Source of the DNA: Isurus oxyrinchus
Taxonomy: Eukaryota
Assembly: GCA_026770705.1 (NCBI GenBank)
Contig: JANJGN010000150.1
Location: forward strand, 1,116,001-1,180,000
Reading direction: 5' to 3'
DNA length: 64,000 nucleotides
Shown: one piece after another, positions 1 through 10,390 of the stretch
Layout of the letters: each line of letters begins with the position of its first letter
Numbering within the stretch: the stretch's first letter is position 1
The notes under the pieces: model-generated
What the model saw: the letters and a program-made list of their open reading frames with translations, nothing else
The model's database searches: none
Told to the model about the DNA's origin: nothing
Program-made: the position numbers and the translations under genes

Positions 1-384
1 GTGTCAGTGAATGAATACAAAAAAGAAGCAATTAAAATGCCCTGACATTTCTGTACATTTTTATCAAATTAAATACGTTCTCTAGTGAATAATTCCATTC
101 TCCAAGGCACCACTTCCTGTAGTCACACGCCCTTCTGATTATTTAAATTCCTGTGTCATTGGTAATGGAACATTCCCATGTAAACATGTCACACTGTAAT
201 TACAGCCTCCTGCCAGTGGTGGTGCTCTAGTGTCCTAGTTTTGCTTCTCAGAGACTGGAGGAGATCGATACGTTGTGTTTACAATATGAGTAACACTCAG
301 GGGTGACCAGGGGGATTCTTTCGGCCAAGTTTATGATGTTGCTAAGATACAATGGCCCCATGGGATTTTTCCTACTGCGTTTAC

Positions 385-655
385 AAGGTTGAATTGAAGA
401 GATTTTTGAAGTGTCTGGCACAGTTTTATAAAGGTCCCCGCACTGCGTTCAGGTCTGGGGCCTGCAGCTTAGGAAGGATATATTGTCCATGGAGAGGATG
501 CTGTACCGATTCACCAGAATGATCCCGGGGCTGAAAGGGTTAAATCCCAAGGACAGGTTGCACAGACCAGGCTTGTGTTCCCTCGAGTCTCGAAGATTAA
601 GGGGTGATCTAATCGAGGGGTTTATGATGATTAAAGGCTTTGATATGGGCAATAG
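385..655 (+). mobile_element. CR1-type LINE 3' ORF2 fragment (second copy ~28079-28349)
   Basis: Translates as RFTRMIPGLKGL...SLESRRLRGDLIE, typical of the CR1 ORF2 C-terminus. Confidence 0.8.
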
Positions 656-1520
656 AGAGAACGCAGCAGCTCATTGAACTTTGTCCAGCGCTGATGGGCT
701 TGTATTGCACTCACCACAGCCGCTACTTGAACCCAGGCCCTCTTGGTTGCTGCAGGATCATTACGGTGACCAGCCGAATACAGGGCTGCTCTCCTCTTCT
801 GGATCTCTTCCACCAAAACAGGAAGGTCCTATCAGGAGAGCACGGAGCAGCTGGACCCAGCCATTTCCCAGCGTCCCCGCTGTGTGACATTCTATCAACG
901 GAAAGGTAAGGTGAAAAGGGTCACGGTCCATTCAGATTACAAAGCTCCCGTTGACTTTTGTGTGCTTGTCCACACGAACCATTTTCACTGCATCACCAGT
1001 GATTACTGGGAAGGTTTGGTGGAGAGACCGGCTCTGCATGAATGCTCGGTGCCGGGCATGTTGTGGCTGTGACTCTGTGGGAACACGCGGTGCTCCGTCA
1101 CCACCCACAGCCCTACCAGTTTCCTCCCTCTGACTCACGCTGTTATGTCGTGACAGTGAGCAGCTGCGAGGGACCTGGGCAAGGGTCAACAGTGTGGGCA
1201 CCTGCTGATGGACGGGTGGCAAGGGGGCAAATGGATGTGATAATGAGCATGGCACTGTCCATCATTCGTCCACCCTCTGAGTCTTTGGCAGCTAACCACA
1301 TGACTGCAGAATATCTGTACCAGCGAGTGGTGGTGGGACAATGCCAACTCCGAGTCTGTGTCTTGTGAATCCATCTCATGTTTTCACTTAAGCCCACAGA
1401 AACCCACAGGAAACCCACAGAGTGACAGTCACTGGGAAAGACACTCGCTCCTTGTGGCTTCACGTTTTAACCATATCCTGTCTGAGTGTCTCAAATGTTA
1501 AACACACCAGCCATATTCAG
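656..1520 (-). mobile_element. PIF/Harbinger-type remnant with Myb/SANT-like DNA-binding protein fragment (second copy ~28350-29220)
   Basis: Minus-strand ORF 631-816 VEEIQKRRAALY...KRAWVQVAAVVSA...RWTKFNELLR resembles the Myb/SANT-like protein of Harbinger elements. The extent beyond ~900 is uncertain. Confidence 0.55.
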
Positions 1521-1539
1521 GGAGGTTTCACTCTGAGAA

Positions 1540-1725
1540 NNNNNNNNNNNNNNNNNNNNNNNNNNNNNNNNNNNNNNNNNNNNNNNNNNNNNNNNNNNNN
1601 NNNNNNNNNNNNNNNNNNNNNNNNNNNNNNNNNNNNNNNNNNNNNNNNNNNNNNNNNNNNNNNNNNNNNNNNNNNNNNNNNNNNNNNNNNNNNNNNNNNN
1701 NNNNNNNNNNNNNNNNNNNNNNNNN
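1540..1725. other. Assembly gap (other gaps at 4240-4503 and 29227-29373)
   Basis: Runs of N next to TG microsatellites. Confidence 1.
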
Positions 1726-1944
1726 TCTAGGTGTGTGTATGTGTGTTTGTGAGAGAGAGATTCTAGTGTATGTGTGTGTGTATGTGTTTGAGCATGTGTG
1801 TGTTTGTGTGTATGAGTGTGTGCCTGTATGTGTGTGTGTTTTTGTGCGTGTGTGTGTGTGTGTGTGTTTCTGGTTGTGAGTATGTGTGTGTGTGTGTGTG
1901 TTTGTGTGTTCGTGTGCAGTGTTTGTGTATGTTTATTTGTTGTA

Positions 1945-1987
<43 letters not shown>

Positions 1988-2022
1988 GTGTGTGTTTGTG
2001 CCTCTCTGTGAGACTGTGTGTA
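1726..2022. repeat. Imperfect (TG)n microsatellite (copy at 29374-29654)
   Basis: Directly visible. Confidence 0.95.
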
Positions 2023-2130
2023 TCTGACAGCAGGTCAGGCAGAAATAGTCCAGAATGCGCTGTGGTTTTGTAGCATTGAAAGAATGACATGAACTAAACG
2101 AGTGCTGCACCAAATAAAGACATGGAGTGA

Positions 2131-2170
2131 CCACACCAATAAACCACGTGACTTCCCCAGTTTCACATCT
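2131..2170 (+). promoter_or_regulatory. Candidate promoter of gene A: E-box CACGTG(AC) next to an ETS/PU.1-like site and an IRF-like half site
   Basis: ccacgtgacttccccagtttcac at 2144-2166 (reverse: gtgaaactggggaagtcacgtgg). Identical in gene B at ~29776-29798. Lies ~230 nt upstream of a strong GTAAGT donor. Motif inference only. Confidence 0.35.
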
Positions 2171-2378
2171 CCCTCAAACACAGAAAAACTGGGTTAACAC
2201 TGACCCTCCTCCCAGAGCCAGTTCACCTCGTGTCCGATGCAGTCAGGAGAGGAAGATCATCTCTCCTCCGATCCTGCTAAACTGAACATTTCCAGAATTA
2301 GATCAGCTCCCTGAAGTGTCTCCAGTTAGACATTCATCTGACAGGATTGACTCTACAACCCTGGGGACTCATTCTCCT
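2170..2378 (+). other. Candidate non-coding first exon of gene A (gene B equivalent ends at 30010)
   Basis: Donor cct|GTAAGT at 2379 in non-repetitive sequence. The signal-peptide exon has an acceptor (ttttccatttag, 6230) just before its ATG, implying an upstream exon. Start position is a guess. Confidence 0.35.
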
Positions 2379-2439
2379 GTAAGTAAAACACTTGCTGCTC
2401 CTGTCAAATCTCTTCTGTACAGCATGGTCTCTGGATGTC

Positions 2440-2700
2440 CCAGAACACTTTACAGTTGAGTTCACCCTTTTTTCGAAGTGTGGTTACTGTTGTAAAGTAG
2501 GAAACGCAGCAGCCAATTAGCGCACAGCAAGCTCCCACAAACAGCAATGTGAGCATCTGTTTTTGGTGATGTTGGTTGAAGGATAAATATTGGTCCCAGG
2601 ACACCGGGGAGAACTCCCCCCTGCTCTTCCTCCAAATAGTGGCTGTGGGATCTTTCACACCCGCCCGAGAGGGCAGACGGGGGTCTCGGTTTAGTGTCTA
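2440..2700 (-). mobile_element. SINE-like interspersed repeat fragment (related pieces at ~22750-22890, 30070-30330, 57240-57360, 63725-63845)
   Basis: Shared ggaaacgcagcagccaat..gcacagcaagatcccacaaacagcaatgtga motif recurs at several unrelated sites. Confidence 0.55.
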
Positions 2701-3467
2701 ATATTGGACTAATCTCCAGGCGAGGTTGGCTGGATGGATTATTGACAAGGTCCATTCACCCTGTAAAGAGTTTCTCTGGTTTGAAATACCCGATCAAACA
2801 TCAAGTTCTGTGTCTAAACCTTGTGTTGAAAAGACACCTTTCCAGCTCTTCACCTGCCATTAGCTTGTTGAGTCTTCACATGCTCCGTCTGTCCGTAACC
2901 AACCCCTCTTAGCTCATCCTTTCCTTGTCGTACATCGAGCTGTTCATCCTGACGGGTTCCATCCTTCCCAGTAACACTCCATCTCCGACATCAAACTAAC
3001 TCCCAACACGTTGATGAATTGTATGGATTCCAGCGTCAGTTGGTTCTGTCTGAGGCTGTTTCTCTGATCGGGGACCGAGCTGTTCTGAACGGACATTGTG
3101 TTCAGCAGTTCTTATTGCAGATCAGGCTGTTCAACCAATGCTGCTGTTCACTGAGGTGACTCCGATTCTACATTCACACATTAATGATCTCATGTCCAGC
3201 AGCAAACATCTGAATGAAGCCAGGTTCAAGAAAAAACCCAGCTGCTTGATCCGACAGTTATCTGTTCAGGCATGGCCCCTTGTTCCAAATAACAAACATT
3301 ATTTATAAATAGTCATCACACGAGCCTGGTTTCTAAGGGAATGGAGCCTCAATCAATTTACAGTGAAGTGAAATGTACAGGACTAATCTAGTTATTTTGA
3401 GCTGCTGATATAGAATTATAAATGAGGCATGTTTCTAATTTCTATCATCATCTAAAATACGGCAGTT

Positions 3468-3862
3468 CTGACAGTGCAGCACTCCCTCAGTACTGACCCT
3501 CTGACAGTGCAGCACTCCCTCAGTACTGACCCTCTGACAGTGCAGCACTCCCTCAGTACTGACCCTCTGACAGTGCAGCACTCCCTCAGTACTGACCCGC
3601 CGACAGTGCAGCATTCCCTCAATACTGACCCTCTGACAGTGCAGCACTCCCTCAGTACTGTCCCTCCGACAGTGCAGCACTCCCTCAGTACTGTCCCTCC
3701 GACAGTGCAGCCCTCCCTCAGTACTGACTTTCTGATAGTGCTGTGCCCCCTCAATACTGTCCCTCTGACAGTGCAGCACTCCCTCAGTACTGACCCTCTG
3801 GCAGTGCAGCACTTCCTCAGTACTGACCCTCCAACAATTCTGACATCCCTCAGCACTCCCTC
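3468..3862 (-). repeat. 33-bp minisatellite, reverse orientation (much shorter in gene B, ~31095-31200)
   Basis: Tandem ctgacagtgcagcactccctcagtactgaccct units. Confidence 0.95.
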
Positions 3863-3928
3863 ACTGTGTGTCCAACTGCGTTTTGAGCTGAAATCTTGAG
3901 CAGGTCTTAAAATAACAACCTTCCATGT

Positions 3929-5975
3929 CAGAGAGAGAGAGAGTGTGTGTGGGAGAGAGAGCAAGAGACTGTGTGTGTGAGAGAGTGTGAGAGAGAGAGA
4001 ATGTGAGAGAGTGTGCATGAGAAAGTGTGTGAGAGAGTGTGTGAGAGAGAGAGAATGTGAGAGACTGTATGTAAGACAGTGTGCATGGGAGAGATTGAGA
4101 GTGTGTGCATATTTGAGAGAGGGAGCAAGTGTGTGTGTGAGGAAGTGTGTGTGAGTGTGAGAGAGTGTGTGTGTGTGTGACTGTGCGAGAGTGTGTTTGA
4201 AATAGGGCGAGTGTGCATGTTTGAGAGAGAGAGAGTGTGNNNNNNNNNNNNNNNNNNNNNNNNNNNNNNNNNNNNNNNNNNNNNNNNNNNNNNNNNNNNN
4301 NNNNNNNNNNNNNNNNNNNNNNNNNNNNNNNNNNNNNNNNNNNNNNNNNNNNNNNNNNNNNNNNNNNNNNNNNNNNNNNNNNNNNNNNNNNNNNNNNNNN
4401 NNNNNNNNNNNNNNNNNNNNNNNNNNNNNNNNNNNNNNNNNNNNNNNNNNNNNNNNNNNNNNNNNNNNNNNNNNNNNNNNNNNNNNNNNNNNNNNNNNNN
4501 NNNGTTTGACAGAATGTGTGCATGTGTGAGAGAGTGTGTGTGAGAGAGAGTGTGTGTGTGAGAGTGTGTGTGTGTGACAGTGTGTTTGTTTGATAGAGAC
4601 TGTGCGCATGTGTGAGAGTGTGTGTGAGAGAGTGTGTGTGTGTGACAGTGTGTATGTTTGACAGTGTCTGTGTTTGATAGAGTGTGTGCATGTGTGAGAG
4701 AGAGTGTGTGAGAGAAAGTGTATGTGTGAGAGTGTGTGTGTGTGACAGTGTGTGTGTTTGATAGAGACTGTGTGCATGTGTGATAGAGAGTGTGTTTGAG
4801 AGAGAGTGTGTTTGAGAAAGAGAGAGTGTGTGTGAGTGAGAGTGTGTATGTGTTTGAGATAGAGAATGTCTGTGCGAGAGTGTGTGTTTGAGAGAGGGAT
4901 TGTGTGTGTGAGAGAGTGTGTGTAAGCGAAAGAGTGTGTGTGAGAGAGAGTCTGTACGAGAGTGTGTGTTTGAGAATGTTTGTGAGAGAGAGTTTGTGTG
5001 AGTGAGTATGTATGTGTTTGAGATAGAGAATGTCTGTGCGAGAGTGTGTGTTTGAGAGAGAGGGATTGTGTGTGTGAGAGTGTGTGTGAGCGAAAGTGTG
5101 TGTGTGAGAGAGTGTCTGTACGAGAGTGTGTGTTTGAGAATGTTTGTGAGAGAGAGAGAGTTTGTGTGAGTGAGTATGTATGTGTTTGAGATAGAGAATG
5201 TGCGAGAGTGTGTGTTTGAGAGAGAGATTGTGTGTGTGAGAGAGTGTGTATGAGAGTGTGTCAGTGCGAGAGAGTGTGTGTTTGGGAGAGGGAGCAAGAA
5301 TGTGTGCGTGTGAGAGAGATAGAGCAGAAGAGTGTGATAGAGAGAGATTGTGATTGTTAGAGAGAGAATGTGGGTGAGAGAGAGAGATAGAGCAGAAGAG
5401 TGTGATAGAGAGAGATTGTGAGTGTTAGAGAGAGAATGTGTGTGTGTGAGAGAGAGAGATAGAGCAGAAGAGTGTGATGGAGAGAGCTTGTGAGTGTTAG
5501 AGAGAGAATGTGTGTGTGTGTGAGAGAGAGATAAAGCAGGAGAGTGTGATAGAGAGAGATTCTGAGTGTTAGAGAGAGAATGTGTGTGTGTGAGAGAGAG
5601 ATAGAGCAGAAGAGTGTGACAGAGAGAGATTGTGAGTGTTAGAGAGAGAATGTGTGTGTGTGTGTGAGAGAGATAAAGCAGGAGAGTGTGATAGAGAGAG
5701 ATTGTGAGTGTTAGAGAGAGAGAGAGATAGAGCAGAAGAGTGTGATAGAGAGAGATTGTGAGTGTTAGTGAGAGAACGTGTGCATGTGTGTGTGAGAGAG
5801 AGAGCAGAAGAGTGCAGTAGAGAGAGATTGTGAGTGTTAGAGAGAGAATGTGTCTGTGAGAGAGACAGAGATAGAGCAGAAGAGTGTGATAGAGAGAGAT
5901 TGTGAGTGTTAGAGAGAGAATGTATGTGAGAGAGAGAGAGATAGAGCAGAAGAGTGTGATAGAGAGAGATTGTGA
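3929..5975. repeat. Complex (TG)/(AG) microsatellite with higher-order units (shorter copy 31260-31885)
   Basis: Directly visible. Source of spurious His/Thr/Ser/Leu-rich ORFs. Confidence 0.95.
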
Positions 5976-6244
5976 GGGCTAAACTCACTGAGAGAAAAAT
6001 CTGGACACCCAGCAGAGGGAGTGAGGGAACAATGAATTTTTGCCGTGTTTGGTGAATCAGTTTGCGATGTCCCTTCTCAATCTCTCCTTCCTTGTCTTGA
6101 CATTAGTTTATTCTCTGGGGCTGTTTAATTCACTGAAAGGTGCCATTTAAACACAAGTTGTTGTTGTTTGAGGAAGAAACGCTGGGGACAATTTATGAAA
6201 AAGTCTCTGTCTTTATCATTTTCCATTTAGATGAGGAACTGAAG

Positions 6245-6290
6245 ATGGGAGAGGTCGGTCTGATATTGATCTTCATCAGCTTGCTGCAAG
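6245..6290 (+). CDS. Gene A coding exon 1: signal peptide MGEVGLILIFISLLQ(G)
   Basis: Strong Kozak aagATGg, hydrophobic 15-mer, phase-1 donor caag|GTAC matching the V-set exon acceptor. Confidence 0.85.
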
Positions 6291-6432
6291 GTACAAATTC
6301 ATTACTGATCGGAACTCAGGGAATTGGATTCTTTCCTGGAGTGAGGAAGTGAACATTTAATTTTAGAGAACAGGGTTAGTGATCACACAGAGAGTGAGCG
6401 AATAGCGAGTCAGAGAATATAGCAAAAGAAAA

Positions 6433-6520
6433 AGACTCATACGGACTCGAAACGTCAACTCTGTTTCTCTCTCCACAGATGCTGTCAGACCTGCTGAGTT
6501 TTTCCAGCATTTTCTGTTTG
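6433..6520 (+). mobile_element. Truncated terminal fragment of an interspersed repeat, possibly Penelope-like (copy ~32345-32430)
   Basis: catacggactcGAAACGTCaact...ccacagatgctgtcagacctgctgag. Resembles the 3' half of a hammerhead-bearing repeat but has no CTGANGA box. Confidence 0.4.
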
Positions 6521-6619
6521 TGCATCAGAGAGCTTGTTTCAATAGGAATGACAGTGCATTTATATAGCACCTTTAATGCAGTAAAACATCCTTATTGCGT
6601 CACAGGATTCCCCCACAAG

Positions 6620-7075
6620 GGGTAACATCCCCTCAGCATCGACCCTGTCAAACCCCCCACCACCTCAGAATCTTATATGTTTCAATAAGATCACCTCTCA
6701 TTCTTCTAAACTCCAATGGATACAGGGCCCAACCTGCTCAACATTTCCTCACAGGACAAACCCTTTAATCCCAGGAATCAGCCCAGTGAACCTCCTCTGA
6801 ACTGCCTCCAATGCAGAGTCTATCCCTCCCTAAGTAAGGAGACCAGAACAGTACACACTGCTCCTGATACAATCTCACCAACGCCCTGTACAGTTGTAGC
6901 AAGACTCCCCTCCTTTTATACTCCATCCCTTTGCAATAAAGGCCAACATTCCACTTGTCTTCCTCATTCTGTGCTGTTCCTGAATGCTGACTTTCTGTGA
7001 TTCATGTACAAGGACACCCAGATCCCTCTGTGTCACATTCTGTAGACTCTCTCCATTGAAGTAATATACTGCTTT
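6620..7075 (-). mobile_element. CR1 LINE fragment, antisense (copy ~32530-32985)
   Basis: Gene B copy reads MEYKRRGVLLQLYRALVRLYQEQCVQFWSPY on the minus strand, a CR1 ORF2 signature. Confidence 0.8.
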
Positions 7076-7109
7076 TTGATGTCCTGTCCCCTCCCTTGTT
7101 GCCTTTCAG

Positions 7110-7466
7110 GAGTGACGTCAGAGGGATGGTCTATGAAGGCGCTGCCTCGGAGGGCCATCAGCAGCTCTTGTGTGGTTATTCCGTGTAGCTTTGACTTTCC
7201 TTCCCACTCTTACACAGCACTGCACGGAGCTTGGTATAAATATTGGTATAGATGGAAATATACCATCACATACACCAAAGATCCCAATTATGGGATGGCC
7301 ACATTCGTGGGACGTGCTAAAATAATCGGCGACTTGGAAGGGAAGAATTGTTCGGTGAGGATTGACAGTCTCAGAGCTGAAGATAGTGATGTGTATTACT
7401 TTTATGTGGATGTGGAGGGCTACACAGATCACACTTTTACACAACCAGTCCAACTCCAGGTTCTTG
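7110..7466 (+). CDS. Gene A exon: Siglec/MAG-like V-set Ig domain, essential Arg replaced by Tyr
   Basis: ttcAG| and |GTAAGT boundaries, 357 nt, phase 1-1. Motifs CVVIPCSFDFP, HGAWY, FVGRAKIIGDLEGKNCS, YYFYVDVEGYTDHTF. Siglec cysteine pattern (B-E strand pair plus an inter-domain Cys). Confidence 0.92.
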
Positions 7467-7509
7467 GTAAGTCCCAGTTCCTTTCACACTCAGTCTCTCA
7501 GCACCAGGG

Positions 7510-8470
7510 GCTCATGTTCTCATCTCAGAGCCAGGCAGTCATGGGTTCAATTCCTGCTCCAGGAGATGTCAGAACAAAGTCCAGGATGTGATCAGGCACA
7601 GTACTGAGGGAGTTCCACACTGTCAGAGGGTCAGTATTGAGGGAGTGCTGCAGTGTCAAAGGATCAGTACTGAGGGAGTGCTGCACTGTCAGAGGTCAGT
7701 GAAAAGGGAGTGCTGCACTGTCAGAAGGTCAGTACTGAGGGAGTGCTGCAGTGTCGTATGGTCAGTACTGAGGGAGTGCTGCACTGTCACAAGGTCTGTA
7801 GTGAGAGAGTGCTGCGCTGTCGGAGGGTCAGTACTGAGGAAATGCTGGACTGTCAGAGGGTCAGTACTGAGGGAGTGTTGCACTGTTGGAGGGTCAGGGC
7901 TGAGGGATTGCTGCACTGTCAGAGGGTCATTACTGATGGGGTGCTGCACTGTTGGAGGGTCAGTACTGAGGGAGTGCTGCAGTGTCGGAGTGTCAGTACT
8001 GAGGGAGTGCTGCACTGTCAGAGGGTCAGTACTGAGGGAGTGCTGCACTGTCGAAGGGTCAGTACTGAGGGAGTGCTGCACTGTCAGAAGGTCAGTACTG
8101 AGGGAGTGCTGCATTGTCAGAAGGTCAGTACTGAGGGAGTGCTGCACTGTCGGATGGTCAGTACTGAGGGAGTGCTGCACTGTCAGAGGGTCAGTACTGA
8201 GGGAGTGCTGCACTGTCAGAGGGTCTGTACTGAGGTGGTGCTGCACTGTTAGAGTGTCAATACTGAGGGGGTGCTGCACTTTCAGAGAGTCAGTACTGTT
8301 GGGGTGCTGCACTGTCGGAGGGTCAGTACTGAGGGAGTGCTGCACTGTCAGAGGGTCAGTACTGAGGGAGTACTGCACTATCAGAGTGTCAGTACTGAGG
8401 GAGTGCTGCAGTGTCGGAGTGTCAGTACTGAGGGAGTTCTGCATGGTTGGGGGTCAGTGCTGCGTGAGTG
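7510..8470 (+). repeat. tRNA-derived SINE head followed by a 33-bp minisatellite (copy 33420-34010, shorter)
   Basis: Pol III B-box-like GGTTCAATTCC at 7544-7554, then tandem gtcagtactgagggagtgctgcactgtcagagg. Confidence 0.85.
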
Positions 8471-8529
8471 CTCCACAGTCTGAGGATCATTGGCAAAGCA
8501 GTGGTTAGTGATAAGGAGAGATTGGGCAC

Positions 8530-9550
8530 GAGAGGGGCAGGATTAGGGTGAGGTGGGCAGACACATAGCTGATGCATTTTAGTGCAGTGAAGTGTGAAGT
8601 GACGCACTTTGTCAGGATGAATACAGAAAGATATTGGACACGAACAATTTGGACAAGTGTTGGACAATAGAGACCTGGGCGTCTCTCTGCACTCATTCTG
8701 AAAGATTAAAGGACAACTTGTTGAGGTGATTAAGAAAGAAAATGTCTTCCTTGTGTTAACAGACTAAGGAACCGAGTTAAAAGCAAAGAGATCATGCGGG
8801 AACTTTATAAATCACTGGTTAGAACTCAGCTGGAATATTGTTCAGAACGCTGGGCCCCCACACTTCAGGAAAGATGTAAGATCTTTAGAAAGGGAGCCCA
8901 GAAGGACAGAACAGTAAAAACTGGGACATAAGAGTACCGCTCCAAATTGGTCTTGTATAGCTTAACATATAACACCAGTAAAACTGGGAAATAAGAGTCC
9001 TGGTCCAAACTGGTCTTGTATAGCTTAATATAGAACACCAGGAAAACTGGGAAATAAGAGTCCTGGTCTAAGCTGTTTTTTTGCTTCTGGGTGGAGAGGA
9101 GATTGAGCAGAATGGGTCCAGGGATGAGGGATTTTAGCTACAAGGTTGGGTTGGAGAAGCTGGGGTTGTTCTCCTTGGAGCAAAGGAGATTGAGGGGGGA
9201 TCTGATCGAGGTGTACAAGATGATGATGGGTTTAGATAAGGTAGACAAAGAGAAGCTGTTGCCATTAGCTGATGGGACAAGGACTGGGGGACACAGATTG
9301 AAGGTTTTGTGCAGAGGGGGATGTGAGGAGGAACTTTTTTACACAGCGAGTGGTAATGAGCTGGAAATCGCTGCCTACGAGGATGGTGGAAGTGGAGACG
9401 ATGGGCGATTTCAAAATGAAATTGGACGGACACTTGAGGGAAATAAATTCGCAGGGATACGGGGATAGAGGAGGGGGAATGGGACTGACTGGATTGGTCT
9501 ACAGAGTGACAGCATGGACTCGATGGGCTGAATGGCCTCCTTCTGTGTTC
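8530..9550 (+). mobile_element. Degenerate CR1 LINE fragments (copy ~34270-35220)
   Basis: LEKLGLFSLEQRRLRGDLIEVYKMM...RRNFFTQRVV CR1 signature. Confidence 0.8.
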
Positions 9551-9638
9551 TGAGTGTCTGTGACCCTATTGAAAAATCATAGCACAAATCAAATCTCTCT
9601 TCTACTTGTCTGTTAACATCTGGAACTTTCTATTACAG

Positions 9639-9926
9639 ATGTTCCAGATAAGCCAGTTATTGTGCTCCTGAAGGATTTACAGGAGGGGACTCCTGCACAT
9701 ATCATCTGTAAATGCCTCGACACCTGCCCTGATAACCACCCCAATCTAACCTGGAGTGAATTGCTGACTTCCTCGGTCAGCACCATCACAGAGAACGGTG
9801 GTGAGGTTTCTGCTCTACTGACCTTTAACCCTTCGTTCAAGCATCATGGACGAACTCTCCGCTGTACCTGTGACTACCCTCAAACCAGCCATCGAGTGGT
9901 CAACTCAGTTACTCTGAGTGTAAAGT
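9639..9926 (+). CDS. Gene A exon: Siglec domain-2 type C2-set Ig
   Basis: tacAG| and |GTAAGT, 288 nt, phase 1-1. DVPDKPVI...CKCLDTCPDNHPNLTW...LTFNPSFKHHGRTLRCTCDYP fits the Siglec/MAG D2 pattern. Confidence 0.92.
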
Positions 9927-9984
9927 GTAAGTATTGGTTAGAACATCCTGCTTGTGATGGAGGGGGAGTCAGTCTCCTATTAAA

Positions 9985-10390
9985 TCAGGCATTGGAGAAG
10001 GTGCAAGTGGGATTGACATGGATGATCTCCGAACTGAGAGGTTATAACTAACAGGAAAGACTGAACAAGCTGGGATTCTTGTCTCTAGAAAAGAGAAGGC
10101 TGAGGGGGTGACCTGATCGAGGTCCTTAAAATGATGAAACGGTTTCGATAGGGTAGATGTAGAGAAGATGTTTCCACTTGTTGGAGCGAGGCCAGAACTA
10201 GGATCCATCAATATAAGATAATCATTAATAAATCCAATGGGGAATTCAGGAGAAACTTCTTTACCCAGAGAGTGGGGAGAATGTGGAAGTCGCTCCCACA
10301 GGGAGTGGTAAAGGTGAATAGTATCGATGTATTTAAGGGATAAACACATGAGGGAGAAAGTAAGAAAAGGTTATGGGGATGGGGTGAGAT
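9985..10390 (+). mobile_element. CR1 LINE 3' fragment (copy ~35655-36070)
   Basis: ctagaaaagagaaggctgagggggtgacctgatcgagg...aggagaaacttctttacccagagagtgg CR1 tail. Confidence 0.8.

Noticed and set aside
656-816. Myb-like fragment as the missing 5' part of the Harbinger at 19706
   Set aside because: The overlapping peptides differ (QRWTKFNELLR vs QCRKRMNDLLR) and lie on opposite strands far apart. Probably different families.
3452-5297. Long 441/478-aa His/Thr/Ser/Leu-rich ORFs
   Set aside because: They are translations of TG/AG microsatellite and N gaps, not genes.
6433-6460. Second hammerhead type (gactcGAAACGTC)
   Set aside because: The CTGANGA box and 5' strand of helix I are missing, so it cannot fold as a ribozyme.
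7520-7565. tRNA gene suggested by the B-box GGTTCAATTCC
   Set aside because: No cloverleaf can be formed. It is a degenerate SINE head.
7588-8508. Cys/His-periodic ORFs (RVSTEGVLHC repeats) resembling zinc fingers or keratin-associated proteins; also at 3435, 33504 and 55879
   Set aside because: A 33-bp minisatellite is open in several frames on both strands. It is intronic and varies in length between paralogues.
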